Shown here: positions 51,036-64,000 of the stretch, piece after piece
How the letters are laid out: each line of letters starts with the position of its first letter
Numbering within the stretch: the first letter of the stretch is position 1
NCBI GenBank assembly: GCA_963702095.1
Contig: OY969706.1
Span: 2,208,001 to 2,272,000, forward strand
Reading direction: 5' to 3'
Origin: Candidatus Bathyarchaeota archaeon
GTDB taxonomy: Archaea; Thermoproteota; Bathyarchaeia; Bathyarchaeales; Bathycorpusculaceae
DNA: 64,000 nt
Made by a program: the position numbers and the translations under genes
The notes under the pieces: model-generated
Databases searched by the model: none
What the model was told of the DNA's origin: nothing
Seen by the model: only the letters and a program-made list of their open reading frames with translations

Positions 51036-51332
51036 GCCTTGATCCCAGCGAGTACCAAGTTAGAGGTTTTACTGTATTAACGTACTCTTTGCATGTAAAC
51101 TTATCATAGACCCATTCGATTTAGCCGCCAACAGGCCAATAAATCTGTCTTGCCCACCAAGCATCCACATCAAATAAGCGTCCAATTTTATCCCCACTGT
51201 CCAGCAGAATTCGGGCAAAATAAAGCACAACTATTAGCAACACTTATAGCGTATGCCCTACCAAAACAGTACCATAATGGGAGAGGGGATTAAAAATCCT
51301 ACAAATAAGTGGCAGCAGTGTAAACGTTAGCT

Positions 51333-51623
51333 TTGAGAGTGTTCTTGGAGAAAACGTGTTTTGGGGGGGCTTCTGTGTCTGGCGCCTCATTCGATAACAC
51401 GCACATAATTGAAGCCGCGGAAGAGAGAGGCATCCGCTTCTGCCCCGTATGTGGAGGCAGAATGAAGACATGCTGTGAAGTCCACCGCCAATACAACTTG
51501 GCAGGGCATAGACCCAACGGTGTCCACAGGGCACCTGAAGAGTGGATATGCTTAAACTGCGGCATCAGAGAATACAAAGAGTTGGCTATGCGGGTTATGT
51601 GTGGACGAGCAGGTACCGTCTAA
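51333..51623 (+). CDS. Zinc-ribbon hypothetical protein
   Basis: FCPVCGG...WICLNCG. Confidence 0.55.
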   Translation: MRVFLEKTCFGGASVSGASFDNTHIIEAAEERGIRFCPVCGGRMKTCCEVHRQYNLAGHRPNGVHRAPEEWICLNCGIREYKELAMRVMCGRAGTV

Positions 51624-51624
51624 C

Positions 51625-53724
51625 TTAAGATAGCAGTGCCCGTTCAAAATCCTGCATAATCTCTTTCTCGTAGGGCGGTCGAACCTGCAGAACATCCTCT
51701 ATGTAGGCGCGTAAGGGTTCAGCTACACTCCACGCTTGAGCAATGCAGCCCCTCGGCGTATACGGGGAATCGCCGTCGCAGATTTCGTTGATGGTGCCTA
51801 AACCGCCCCGCCTAACCTCACCCGTGAACAATGGCATAATAAAATTGTTTTGCGCATATTGCACGCTGTTGGCGCCATAGCCTTTCGCTTTCAGATAAGC
51901 CGTTGCCAACGGTCCAGTGAGCCAAGCCCAAATCGAGCCGTTATGGTAGGCTCTGTCGCGGTCCGAACGGTCACCCTCATATCTGCCCTTGTAGCGGCTG
52001 TCTCTGGGTGAAAGCGTTCGCAACCCAGCCGGCGTCAAAAGCTCGGAAGTAACAAAATCCACAACAAGGTTAGCCCTCTCATTATCAACCATAGAGAAGT
52101 CAAGCGCGCAGGCAATGAGTTGGTTGGGTCTAGTTGAGAGATCAACTTGCCCAGCCTCATTGACGACATCGTAGAGGCAGTTTCTGTCACTGTTCCAGAA
52201 TTTCTCGTTAAAACTCGATTTTGCCTGCTCAGCCATACCAGAGTATTCTTCAGCTAATTTTTTCTCTCCGAATTTAGTGGCTAACAGCTGCATCGTTCGC
52301 AGGGTATTGTACCATAAGGCTTGGACCTCTACAGCTGTTCCAGCTCGGGGCGTGAAGGGCATGTCATCGACCACAGTATCCATCCATGTAAGCTGGGGTC
52401 CATGCGCGAGCAATCCGTCTGGGTCAACGTGGATGCGGTTGATTGTGCCCTGTTTGTGGTTTTCCACGATGTCTTTTAGCATGGGCCAAAGCACGTTCTG
52501 GACGAACGCAAAGCTTCCAGTGTATTTGAGGTACTGCAAAACAGAGTTGATGTACCAAAGTGTGCCGTCGACGGTGTTGTAGAGGGGTTCACCTGTTTTG
52601 TCATCAATCAGATTCGGCACAAGCCCCCGGTTGCAGTACTGCATGTAATCGGTGATGACGCTTTTTGCATCGTCGTATCTGCCAGTGGTAAGCATCAAAC
52701 CGGGCAGCGAAACAAAGGTGTCGCGCCCCCAAGAGCCAAACCATTGATAGCCAGCAATGACAAAACGCCGATTATTGGTGCCTTTGACTATGAAGTCGTT
52801 TGCCGCCTGCAGAAGCCAACTTAAACCATCAGTAGCCTCCACCTGTTTATGCATACTGTAAAACTTTTCAACCATAGCTTCTCTTCGCTGCATCTCCAAA
52901 TTAAGGGAATTCTCTACAGCCGCAATGTTAGCTCCTAAACTGTCCGAGCCCCTCCACGCCTCCACCGAAGTGTCACCTACAACAGCGGTAACTGCAAATT
53001 GGGCAGTGCTGTTTTTGGATACTTGGAACTCAAAGTACCCCGGCTGATAGCTTTGGTCCATGCTTGATTCGCCCCGGTTGGCTTCTTCACGGTAAAATAT
53101 GCCCTCAATCCAGACAGGTTTCGCGACGAATTTGCCGTCAAGCGCCCTTAGGACTACAGTAGAGGTGGGGTTTTGAAAGGTTAACTCGTCGGCGTTTTCT
53201 CTTTGTGTTTCACTAATGGAAACAGGTTTTTGTTGTCTGTTTATCACTTCATGGTAGTGCCTGTACGAGACCAAGGGGTACATGCGTATGGTAGCCTCCG
53301 CGTCAGATTGATTCTTGACCGCATAGAAGGCTGCGACAGCGTTTTGTTCATTGGGCAAAAAAACAGTTTTGGTTAACTCGACTGGGCCAGCAGTGTATGT
53401 GTGGGTGGGGAAGGGTGAGATGGAGAACTCTTTTAGCAGCGTGTAGCCGTTGGGGTAGATGGTGTGTTGGAAATCGTTTGCGCCCAACTGGTAGGTTTGC
53501 CCGTTCACTTCGACGTCTTCGTCGATTTTTGACAGAATAACCGTTCTTTCCCCAGGAGGCCGCAGGGCTGCAACGAGCAGAGCATGGTATTTTCTGTTGT
53601 TGAGGTTTAGGGCTGTTGAAGAAGCATAGCTTCCTAACCCATTAGTTATCAACCACTCGTTTTTGTTGGCGTCGTCAAAACGTGAGAGTTCCTCTTTGGT
53701 AAAAATGATGGATGGTAGCCTCAT
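51625..53724 (-). CDS. Glycogen debranching enzyme (amylo-alpha-1,6-glucosidase)
   Basis: EWLITNGLGSYAS, AGYQWF..WGRDT, LTWMD, YHNGSIW, GCIAQAWSVAE. Confidence 0.95.
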   Translation of the reverse strand: MRLPSIIFTKEELSRFDDANKNEWLITNGLGSYASSTALNLNNRKYHALLVAALRPPGERTVILSKIDEDVEVNGQTYQLGANDFQHTIYPNGYTLLKEFSISPFPTHTYTAGPVELTKTVFLPNEQNAVAAFYAVKNQSDAEATIRMYPLVSYRHYHEVINRQQKPVSISETQRENADELTFQNPTSTVVLRALDGKFVAKPVWIEGIFYREEANRGESSMDQSYQPGYFEFQVSKNSTAQFAVTAVVGDTSVEAWRGSDSLGANIAAVENSLNLEMQRREAMVEKFYSMHKQVEATDGLSWLLQAANDFIVKGTNNRRFVIAGYQWFGSWGRDTFVSLPGLMLTTGRYDDAKSVITDYMQYCNRGLVPNLIDDKTGEPLYNTVDGTLWYINSVLQYLKYTGSFAFVQNVLWPMLKDIVENHKQGTINRIHVDPDGLLAHGPQLTWMDTVVDDMPFTPRAGTAVEVQALWYNTLRTMQLLATKFGEKKLAEEYSGMAEQAKSSFNEKFWNSDRNCLYDVVNEAGQVDLSTRPNQLIACALDFSMVDNERANLVVDFVTSELLTPAGLRTLSPRDSRYKGRYEGDRSDRDRAYHNGSIWAWLTGPLATAYLKAKGYGANSVQYAQNNFIMPLFTGEVRRGGLGTINEICDGDSPYTPRGCIAQAWSVAEPLRAYIEDVLQVRPPYEKEIMQDFERALLS

Positions 53725-53851
53725 CTTTTAGATCAGATCCTTGCGGATAAACTGAATACGTGCGTTGATAAAAGCCTATGTTGGCACTAAAAGTTAGCAA
53801 TACACTGCCGCAACTGTTTCAGTGCTAGAAAATTTCTGTTTGCCGGTTTTT

Positions 53852-53950
53852 GGGTATATTGAGGCCTTGGAATAATTAAAGTAAGAAAGATGGAAATGCA
53901 AACCCTATTCCACCGCGAATAGTTAATTCTTCCAAAGCCCTTTCAACCCC
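53852..53950 (-). ncRNA. Putative BHB-closed ncRNA, family B copy 2
   Basis: Minus strand: GGG-GTTG-AAA-GGGCTTTGGAA...TTCCAAGGCCT-CAAT-ATA-CCC; TTATAAAT box about 30 nt upstream. Confidence 0.7.
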
Positions 53951-54277
53951 TTGAACAGTTCTGAGCAGCATTTTTCAGTATTTATAATTTGCGACTCACC
54001 TCTTTTATTATGCCTTTTATTTAGGTAAAAGGGGCTAAAACGTTTAATCTTCGTCAATATTAATCAATTAGGCATCTTTTTTAGCAATTAAACCGACATT
54101 TTCACATCCCTCAGAATTCCCTGCGCCATTACTTTGATGATGACTTGGAACGGTAAGATGAGTTCCATTTAACCCATTTGTTAGTAATAAGCTAAGAAAG
54201 CCGAAACTTAGCTTAGTAACCAAACCTAATCTTACAGGAAACCTTTTATCAGAAATGCAGGCTAATCAGAGATTGGA

Positions 54278-55165
54278 ATGAGGAAAATATCGTTAGTAAT
54301 CCTTACAGCAATTATATTGTTAACAATAGCTGAAACACAGCTTAGCAATCAAGCACACGCAAATCCATACAGATATGTCCCACATGTTACCAATATTCCG
54401 CCACCAGCAGGCACACAAGCACCAATAATTTCCATACACACACCACAGAATGGTTCAGCTTATCCAAAAAATATCATCCCGCTAACCTTTGAAGTAATTA
54501 TTCCTAAAACAAATGGAGAGAAATCAATAGGTCAGATAAGTGAGTTATATTATAAAGCCAGTTGGGAACCAAAGGAAATCCAAATTATTGATAGACCATT
54601 TTTTGAGAACACTTCATTCTCAATAGACCTCTATGTTATCTCAGGAGGTAATCTCTCACTCAAAATCTACGCAGTTGGCAATGGTGGTTACGAGAACCGA
54701 ACTGAACTCACAGACTTTGAAAGGCACCAGTATTATGACCAATTTGAAATGAATAGCTCCTCAGCTGTTAGCTTTACTCAAGACTTTCTTCCCCCTAAAA
54801 TCACTGTCCTCTCACCACAGAACAGAAGTTATGAGACTTCAGATGTTGAGTTAAATTTTACAGCTAATGAGGTATTGTCCCAAATTCAATACAGCATAGA
54901 TGGTAAGAAAAACCAAACTACTACAGGGAACATAACTCTAACAGGATTAACAAATGGAGCACACAACATAACTTTCTATGCATCTGACTTAGCAGATAAC
55001 AAGGCATTTCCAGAAACTATTGGCTTTAGCGTAAGAAAACCAGAGCCTTTTCCGATCTTGATTTTTGTAGCTGTTATTGCAGTCTTGTCTGTGGTGATTG
55101 CAGCTTTGGGAATGGCTTTTTTTAGATGGCATCGGAAAAGCTCCAAGGCGGCAACCTCCGCTTAG
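54278..55165 (+). CDS. Secreted Ig-like domain protein with C-terminal anchor
   Basis: Signal peptide, PKITVLSPQN...YSIDG...GAHNITFYASDLADN, TM helix. Confidence 0.85.
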   Translation: MRKISLVILTAIILLTIAETQLSNQAHANPYRYVPHVTNIPPPAGTQAPIISIHTPQNGSAYPKNIIPLTFEVIIPKTNGEKSIGQISELYYKASWEPKEIQIIDRPFFENTSFSIDLYVISGGNLSLKIYAVGNGGYENRTELTDFERHQYYDQFEMNSSSAVSFTQDFLPPKITVLSPQNRSYETSDVELNFTANEVLSQIQYSIDGKKNQTTTGNITLTGLTNGAHNITFYASDLADNKAFPETIGFSVRKPEPFPILIFVAVIAVLSVVIAALGMAFFRWHRKSSKAATSA

Positions 55166-55239
55166 AAATGGACTGTTTTATGTGCGCTTATGCTAGTTCT
55201 ACCGATAGAAATTGTATGTCAATTTTTTAAGCGTCTCCA

Positions 55240-55411
55240 ACATGCTTCACATCCACACCGAGACGGTTTCAACATGGAACATGCACCGCGTGTGGAGGAA
55301 AAAGCACTTCCCACACCGAAACAGACGCAGAAAAACGTTGCAACCCCAAAAAACAATCGCCCCCAGTTGCAGTCTTTTGGCACCCCACAAAACCCCACAC
55401 CCACACAAAGA
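55240..55411 (+). repeat. Dispersed repeat family E, copy 2
   Basis: Aligns with 37087-37259. Confidence 0.9.
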
Positions 55412-55465
55412 CAAAAGAACACAGCCAATCCAGCTAAACAAAAAAACAAAACAAGCAACGGTTCT

Positions 55466-55552
55466 CCATGCACAGGCAGAGCATATCTGAAACGCCTAAC
55501 TTTTTCGAAACATGTGTGTCTCATCTAAATATCGCTCAGACACTACATTGAC
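55466..55552 (-). other. 3' arm of the 23S rRNA processing stem
   Basis: CCATGCACAGGCAGAGCATAT...GAAACATGTGTGT...CAGACACTAC is the inverted complement of 58577-58667. Confidence 0.85.
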
Positions 55553-55559
55553 TCGACAT

Positions 55560-58570
<3,011 letters not shown>

Positions 58571-58576
58571 CGGGCC

Positions 58577-58667
58577 AATGGTAGTGTCTGTTTGGCGTTT
58601 AGTGAAACACACATGTTTCAAATATATAGTGTTTTGGCGTCGTTGTATATGCTCTGCCTGTGCATGG
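58577..58667 (-). other. 5' arm of the 23S rRNA processing stem (near-BHB: CGCC-AAA / AGCG-ATA)
   Basis: Long inverted repeat with 55466-55552. Confidence 0.85.
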
Positions 58668-59167
58668 TGTCATTTTGAGCGCCAGTAGCGCCCATTCACC
58701 GCTTCACTCCTCATCGTGTTATGGTGGGGAGTTGCATTTACTTGTGTAACCCATGTTACTGGGATTGCATAAGAAGCAGACTCGGCGAATATAAGTGTTA
58801 TGTTACACTTCATCCGCGATTGTCGTCGGTGCCTTATCAGCTTCCGAAGCGCTTCTCCGCATGTGCACCCACATTTTTTTTGGGCAGCATCCCTTAACGA
58901 TAGGGAAACAAACTAAGCATCAAACCCTCAAATAAACCTGTCGCACTAGATAGAACAACAGAACAATATTTTGTTCCAGTTAAGACCATTTAAAAAGAAT
59001 TTTTTTGGGGCTTTTTGAGGCGCTTTTGTTTAATTTCAATCTCCAAGTTCCCGCCTAAACCAGATGTGTGCTAGCGTATAGAAAGCCAAGAACGTGTTTA
59101 TGTTCAAAAAGCGGTTGTTTACTACCCCATTTAGTAATGGTAAATAGTAAGGAACCCCTCTATATTC

Positions 59168-61039
59168 TTGAATGAAATGAGATTAAGAACGCAATTCTTA
59201 ATCAGTCTTCTCGTTTTTGCTTTTTTAGTCGCTGCTTTTGTCTCTTCAGTTCTCTATACGAACGTTCAGTTAGCGCAGCTTCGGGTTAACCGGGATTTGG
59301 CTGAAATGGCGGAGGACAACGCAAGCAACCTTGACTATTTTTTCATGCACTACATGGAGCAACATAACCTAACACAATGGCAAAATCTGGTCTCCCATAT
59401 TAGCCTTGAATTTACCAATCTTAATTCTACTAATCCCAAATTAGTTAACATAGTTATCATAGATTTGAAAAAAGTAAATGACACATTCCACACCAATGCG
59501 CCAGCGATTAATAATACACAATTAAACCAGAGTTCCAATATAGCCCCCTTTCAGGTTCTCTGGAGTACCATTGAAAATCAAACACAACGGCTATCTACAG
59601 ACGCTAAACAACTCAGTGAATGGTTACAGGGGCAAGAACGGCAGATGAATCAGATTAATCTGCTCATGATTTCATCTTTGATAACGTCATTTTTAGCGTA
59701 TTTTGTATTCATGTATCTGCTAGTTTTCAGGCGAACTCTAAAACCGATAAAAGATCTAAGCATAAAAACAAAAAGGACCAAGGAAGTCACTCTACAGATC
59801 CCCCTCACCAGTCAACCCAACGATGAAATCGGAGATTTGTCCAGTGATTTTGATGAGCTCATGGGAGAGCTCAAACAGACAGCAGCCTCCAAAGAGGTGC
59901 TTGAAAAAGAAATTTCTGAGCGTAAAAAAGCTGAGGCTGCATTAGTGGTTGCGCAAGCTCAATTGAAGGATTACGCAAATAATTTGGAAAAAATCGTTGA
60001 GGAAAGAACGAAGAAGGTAGTTGAAAGCGAACAAAGTTATCATGAGTTGTATGAGAGTTTCGGGGAAGCCTTCATTGCGATGGATTGGGAACTCAACATT
60101 ATCCATTGGAATAAGGCAGCGGAAAAAGTGACGACTGTTAAAGCGGAACAGGCGCTGGGGAAAAAAATCTATGATGTTTTTCCCGAAATGCAATCGGTTG
60201 ACGTTACGCCTTATTTTGAGGCTTTGAAGGATAAACAGTCCGCACGCTTCCAAATGAACACTATAAGCAGGGAGACAGGTCGCCTAGCAACTTTTGAAAT
60301 CTCAACCTATCCCTCTACACAGGGCATAATAATCATCGCTGAAGACATAACCGAGGAAGAGAAAACCAAGCGACTATCAGCCATTGGTCAAACGGCAAGT
60401 ATGGTTGGACACGACATTCGCAATCCCCTGCAAGCCATAACCAGCGATGTTTATCTTATCCGAGAGGAATTAGCGACAATCCCGGAATGTGTTGAAAGAG
60501 ACGGTTTACAGGAGAGTCTAAACACTATTGAAGAGAACATTTTCTACATAAACAAGATTGTAAGCGACCTGCAGGATTACACACGACCCCTTGCCCCCTT
60601 GAGCAACGAAGTTAAAGTTAAAGAATTATTGGAGAGCATCCTTGCGAGCACAAAAATTCCCAGTATCATCGAGGTGCAACTTCAAAGTCAAGACGACTTA
60701 GTCATAAACACAGACGGCGATTACCTCAAAAGAATCCTAAGTAATCTATTCATAAATGCGGTGCAGGCTATGCCTAACGGCGGAAAATTAACAATGCAAA
60801 CCAGAAAGATCCGCAACAAAGTGCAGTTCAGCGTCAGAGACACCGGTGTAGGTATGCCTCAGGAGACAAAAGACAAGATTTTCACGCCCTTGTTTACCAC
60901 GAAGTCGAAGGGGCAGGGGTTGGGGTTGGCGGTGGTTAAGCGGCTTGTGGAAGGGTTGAAGGGCCAAATCACCTATGAAAGCCAAGAGGGGAAGGGTACA
61001 GTGTTTTATGTGGAGTTGCCGCTAAAATTAGTCATTTAA
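59168..61039 (+). CDS. Membrane sensor histidine kinase (HAMP, PAS, HisKA, HATPase)
   Basis: Two TM helices, DEIGDL, WNKAAE, GHDIRNPL, NAVQAM, DTGVGM, FTTK..GQGLGL. Confidence 0.95.
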   Translation: MNEMRLRTQFLISLLVFAFLVAAFVSSVLYTNVQLAQLRVNRDLAEMAEDNASNLDYFFMHYMEQHNLTQWQNLVSHISLEFTNLNSTNPKLVNIVIIDLKKVNDTFHTNAPAINNTQLNQSSNIAPFQVLWSTIENQTQRLSTDAKQLSEWLQGQERQMNQINLLMISSLITSFLAYFVFMYLLVFRRTLKPIKDLSIKTKRTKEVTLQIPLTSQPNDEIGDLSSDFDELMGELKQTAASKEVLEKEISERKKAEAALVVAQAQLKDYANNLEKIVEERTKKVVESEQSYHELYESFGEAFIAMDWELNIIHWNKAAEKVTTVKAEQALGKKIYDVFPEMQSVDVTPYFEALKDKQSARFQMNTISRETGRLATFEISTYPSTQGIIIIAEDITEEEKTKRLSAIGQTASMVGHDIRNPLQAITSDVYLIREELATIPECVERDGLQESLNTIEENIFYINKIVSDLQDYTRPLAPLSNEVKVKELLESILASTKIPSIIEVQLQSQDDLVINTDGDYLKRILSNLFINAVQAMPNGGKLTMQTRKIRNKVQFSVRDTGVGMPQETKDKIFTPLFTTKSKGQGLGLAVVKRLVEGLKGQITYESQEGKGTVFYVELPLKLVI

Positions 61040-61267
61040 GTATGTGGCTTTTCAAAGTTTTTGATGAAACAATTTTATGGGATTTTAGCTCGAAAAAATA
61101 GGAAAGAGGGTAGCTTTTTGTGTCCTTAATGGCAAACGGAATACCTATTTGCCAAACACCCTACACCTTCCCTACATAAGCTAGATTGTAAGTTCAATGG
61201 TTAATTGAGGAGTAACTTTTATTTGCTTAAAGTTTTATGTGTTGTGTGTTCTGGGCGATATCTGGGT

Positions 61268-61341
61268 GCCTCGATAGCTCAGCCCAGTAGAGCGGCTGCC
61301 TTGTAAGCAGCAGGCCGCGGGAGCAAGGCCCGCTCGAGGCT
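61268..61341 (+). tRNA. tRNA-Thr(TGT) with non-canonical D and T loops
   Basis: All four stems perfect (GCCTCGA/TCGAGGC, GCTC/GAGC, GCTGC-CTTGTAA-GCAGC, GCGGG/CCCGC); T loop AGCAAGG. Confidence 0.85.
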
Positions 61342-61422
61342 CTCAAAAAAATAAAATTTGATATCAGCATTACTGATTAAAAACAATATAGCAACACGGA
61401 AACAGAGTCAAATATTGTTTTT

Positions 61423-61556
61423 TGTTCTGTTTGTGTTTTGCTCCACTACCTGCCTGCAATCGCCCTCAGACGCTAAAACCCAACAGCAATGCACCGCCAG
61501 TTCCGCTGGTTGTTGTTGTGTATAGGGGGTTTTCTGCAACAACAACTATAAGAAAA
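61423..61556 (-). repeat. Dispersed repeat family C, copy 2
   Basis: Reverse complement aligns with 17635-17768. Confidence 0.8.
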
Positions 61557-61667
61557 ATGCAAACCATCCAAACTTTGATCTGCTGTATAAGGAAGGGGGT
61601 CAATGCAGAGCGATGGGTTTGCTAACCCAATGTTTCGCGGTTTTAGCTGCCATTACAGGTTTTTACT

Positions 61668-61916
61668 TTATGCTTCTGGCTCTTCTTCGCCTTTAGCCGC
61701 AAGCTTCTCTTTAATCGCTTTTGTGTCAGTAATCGTTAATTTGTATTTGCGGGCTTGTGTTGAAACGATTTCGTTCTCAAAAAGCTTCTTTAATGATTTG
61801 AAGACTTTTTTGGAAGGCTCACCGGTTTTGTCAGTTAATTCCTGAAGAGATAATTCTTTGCCTTCAACTTGGAGGGTACTTACGACTTTTTCGTCGACTT
61901 TGTTGAGCTTCACCAT
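61668..61916 (-). CDS. Small winged-helix DNA-binding protein
   Basis: MVKLNKVDEKVVSTL...LSLQELTDKTGEPSKKVFKSLKKLFENEIV...RKYKL. Confidence 0.7.
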   Translation of the reverse strand: MVKLNKVDEKVVSTLQVEGKELSLQELTDKTGEPSKKVFKSLKKLFENEIVSTQARKYKLTITDTKAIKEKLAAKGEEEPEA

Positions 61917-61975
61917 AGATACCACTGGTAGTTTTAATTCTCTATCTGCATTTGGCTTTTTGTATTTTGCGGTAA

Positions 61976-62284
61976 CTAAGGCGCAGTATGCATATAGCTT
62001 TGTGGCGGCTGGCGTTCGTGTGTCCGGAAATGGTGTGCGTCGGCTTCTCCGAGGGTGTTTGATATGAAACCGCATTCCATGCATTTGTAGCGTCCATCAG
62101 GGGTGGCTTTGGCGTGAGTTCGACTTCGCAAGCCAGTGGGTTTGCTGCCTTGGTCAACGGGTTCCGCGTCATGTTTGCTTTTGGTTGCTGCGTTGACTGT
62201 TCGAACTTTTTTAGACAAGAAATTCACCAACCATTCTGGGAATTGGCTGGTATCTAAATGTATGTGACTACAACAGAGCAACAT
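61976..62284 (-). CDS. Small C2H2-type zinc finger protein (start uncertain)
   Basis: YKCMECGFISNTLGEADAHHFRTH. Confidence 0.65.
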   Translation of the reverse strand: MLLCCSHIHLDTSQFPEWLVNFLSKKVRTVNAATKSKHDAEPVDQGSKPTGLRSRTHAKATPDGRYKCMECGFISNTLGEADAHHFRTHERQPPQSYMHTAP

Positions 62285-62466
62285 TGGATTTTTCTACCGG
62301 TTATACTCCTTTTGCCCTTGCAGAAACCGCTGAATTCGCAGGTTACACATGAGCCTTTAACGCCTAATTCAAAGAATTCGATGACTTATCACGGTTTTAT
62401 TTTGTCTTACACCCAAAAGAGAGGCATAAGCCGAATTTCAGATGCGGACAATCGAAAAAGGAAAAG

Positions 62467-62694
62467 CTATTCAGAAGCCCTTGAAGCCTCGTCTCTGGGT
62501 TTTACGATGCCCTTTCTCTCAGGAGCAACTTTTAACCCGTGATATTCATACATGATTCGAAGAGCGTCGCGGATGGCTTCGTTGCGGCTATTGTAAACGC
62601 CTTTTTCGATCAGGGTGTTTAGTAAATCCAGGTACCGCTTGGTTAAACGGATGGTTATACGTTCACGTTTGTTACCTTCAGACATATCCATCAC
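62467..62694 (-). CDS. Ribbon-helix-helix (CopG/Arc/MetJ) regulator
   Basis: RITIRL...LNTLIEKGVYNSRNEAIRDALR. Confidence 0.9.
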   Translation of the reverse strand: MMDMSEGNKRERITIRLTKRYLDLLNTLIEKGVYNSRNEAIRDALRIMYEYHGLKVAPERKGIVKPRDEASRASE

Positions 62695-62827
62695 TTTTTC
62701 GTTGGCTGCTTAATGGTCAATTTTTTGGGCGCTTCAGATATAAGTGCTTGTCAGACAAACATTCACCATCTATCAGCCCACATGTTGCAAAGCACAAAGC
62801 CCAAAAAAGATTAAAACATATCGGCAA

Positions 62828-63463
62828 TCAAGCGCTCAATTTACCCAGCAGTACACGGAAACCACTTTCCCTAGCCAAAACCTCACAGTTCCCAAACGCA
62901 GCAAGGAACGCTTCAGGAAGGGTTTTGGCGCCGATTTTGCTGCGGATAACCATCTGGAAACTGCCGCCTCCAACCAAAACCTGGGATGCACCAGAAATGA
63001 TGGCTTTAACCGTATCCATGCCTGCGCTTACCGGCGGATTAGAAAGTACACAGTCAAAGCGGTTTTCCGCGACGGGTTCATAGAGGTAGCCATACCGCAC
63101 CTCAGCGTTGCGTATCCGGTTAGCTTCCAAGTTCTGCCTTGCCAACCGCACAGCCCGCATATTCACATCAGACATAACCACATGCAAATGGGGGTTTGAA
63201 GCCGCCGCCGCAATTCCCACTGCGCCGTAGCCGCAGCCGATGTCAAGCGCCATGCCCTTTTGAGGCAAAACCATCGCGTCTATGAGCACGTGGGTTCCTA
63301 AATCCACTTTACGCTTAGAAAAAACGCTCGACGAAGTCAAAAACTCAAAGTTGCGTCCCCGCAGGTTAGCACGCACTAACCCGAAGCGGTCATTGCATTT
63401 GGGCGCAGATGTATAGTAGTGCTCGACGTCTCTACTGCTTTTCTTGCTCATCGCCGCCTGCAC
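62828..63463 (-). CDS. RsmC/MTS-family methyltransferase
   Basis: VFSKRKVDLGT, LDIGCGYG, SNPP. Confidence 0.9.
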   Translation of the reverse strand: MQAAMSKKSSRDVEHYYTSAPKCNDRFGLVRANLRGRNFEFLTSSSVFSKRKVDLGTHVLIDAMVLPQKGMALDIGCGYGAVGIAAAASNPHLHVVMSDVNMRAVRLARQNLEANRIRNAEVRYGYLYEPVAENRFDCVLSNPPVSAGMDTVKAIISGASQVLVGGGSFQMVIRSKIGAKTLPEAFLAAFGNCEVLARESGFRVLLGKLSA

Positions 63464-64000
63464 CAGTCTTCCAGACTCGGGGGTAAATGTTGCGTGGCAT
63501 CAGCACCCGCGCCAACGTTGAAACTACACCATGCCTCAAATCAAGCATTTCCTGCGTGGAAACCTTTGCACGACCCAAAGCAATTGCTTCACCTTTAAGC
63601 GTGAAAATTGCGACTACATTGCTTTTTTCTATGCCACTGTCCACCTGCAAAACGCCGGGCGCGGTCAAGTTGGCTCCGTGGCAGAGGGCATCTACCGCAG
63701 AGTCGCGGACGACGATTTTGGGCAGCCCCATAAGCGCGGTTTCCATGGGTTCGATGAATTTGCAGAGGTATGATTGGTCTTTGGTGCGTTCGTACTCGCT
63801 GAACCAGTAGGCGACGTCGTGGAGGGTAACGCATTTGACACTGGTTTCTTGGAAGGGCCTGCGCGGGTTCTGCGGAGCTCTTGCATGTGGCCGCCGACGC
63901 CGAGGATTTCGCCGATGTCGAAGCAGAGTTTGCGGATGTAGGTTCCGCCTTCGCAGCCGACTTTGAAGAGCACGTTTCTGCCGTCGCGTTCGATGTAGTC
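63432..64000 (-). CDS. cbf5: H/ACA pseudouridine synthase Cbf5 (3' part, TruB plus PUA), 1-nt frameshift near 63855
   Basis: [34 protein letters not shown], then in a shifted frame VTLHD...[18 protein letters not shown]...TLKGEA...YPRVW. Confidence 0.93.
   Translation of the reverse strand, partial: LHRTRRQKRALQSRLRRRNLHPQTLLRHRRNPRRRRPHARAPQNPRRPFQETSVKCVTLHDVAYWFSEYERTKDQSYLCKFIEPMETALMGLPKIVVRDSAVDALCHGANLTAPGVLQVDSGIEKSNVVAIFTLKGEAIALGRAKVSTQEMLDLRHGVVSTLARVLMPRNIYPRVWKTGAGGDEQEKQ

Noticed and set aside
63692-63973. Frameshift in cbf5 as programmed recoding or an intron
   Set aside because: One missing base at CCCTTCC restores GPF-QET. Known archaeal cbf5 introns lie near the 5' end. 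An assembly indel in a conserved gene is the simplest explanation.

Overview
Archaeal chromosomal window, most likely Bathyarchaeia. This is inferred from archaeal tRNAs, 23S rRNA, aIF2alpha, aIF1A and Cbf5, plus the PQQ-like beta-propeller, Kelch/Ig-like secreted proteins and tandem Lrp regulators. From left to right it holds a ~17-kb glycosylation locus (GT2, GT4, GT-C, epimerase, flippase-like), secreted proteins, two B12-radical SAM genes, and larE-larC/larB. It continues with a cluster of apparently paralogous translation initiation factors and zinc-finger microproteins, a glycogen debranching enzyme, a stand-alone 23S rRNA gene, a histidine kinase and the 3' part of cbf5. There are three tRNAs: Leu-TAA with a 22/23 intron, Arg-CCT with a decayed duplicate, and Thr-TGT with aberrant D and T loops. 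The most striking unexplained signal is four intergenic elements in two sequence families, each closed by a bulge-helix-bulge (BHB) splicing motif but not inside any tRNA, rRNA or mRNA. They are candidate genes for EndA/RtcB-generated circular RNAs of about 86-125 nt. Three further two-copy dispersed intergenic repeat families are present with no transposase. Several single-base frameshifts, including one in cbf5, suggest assembly indel errors. All structures and alignments were derived by eye.
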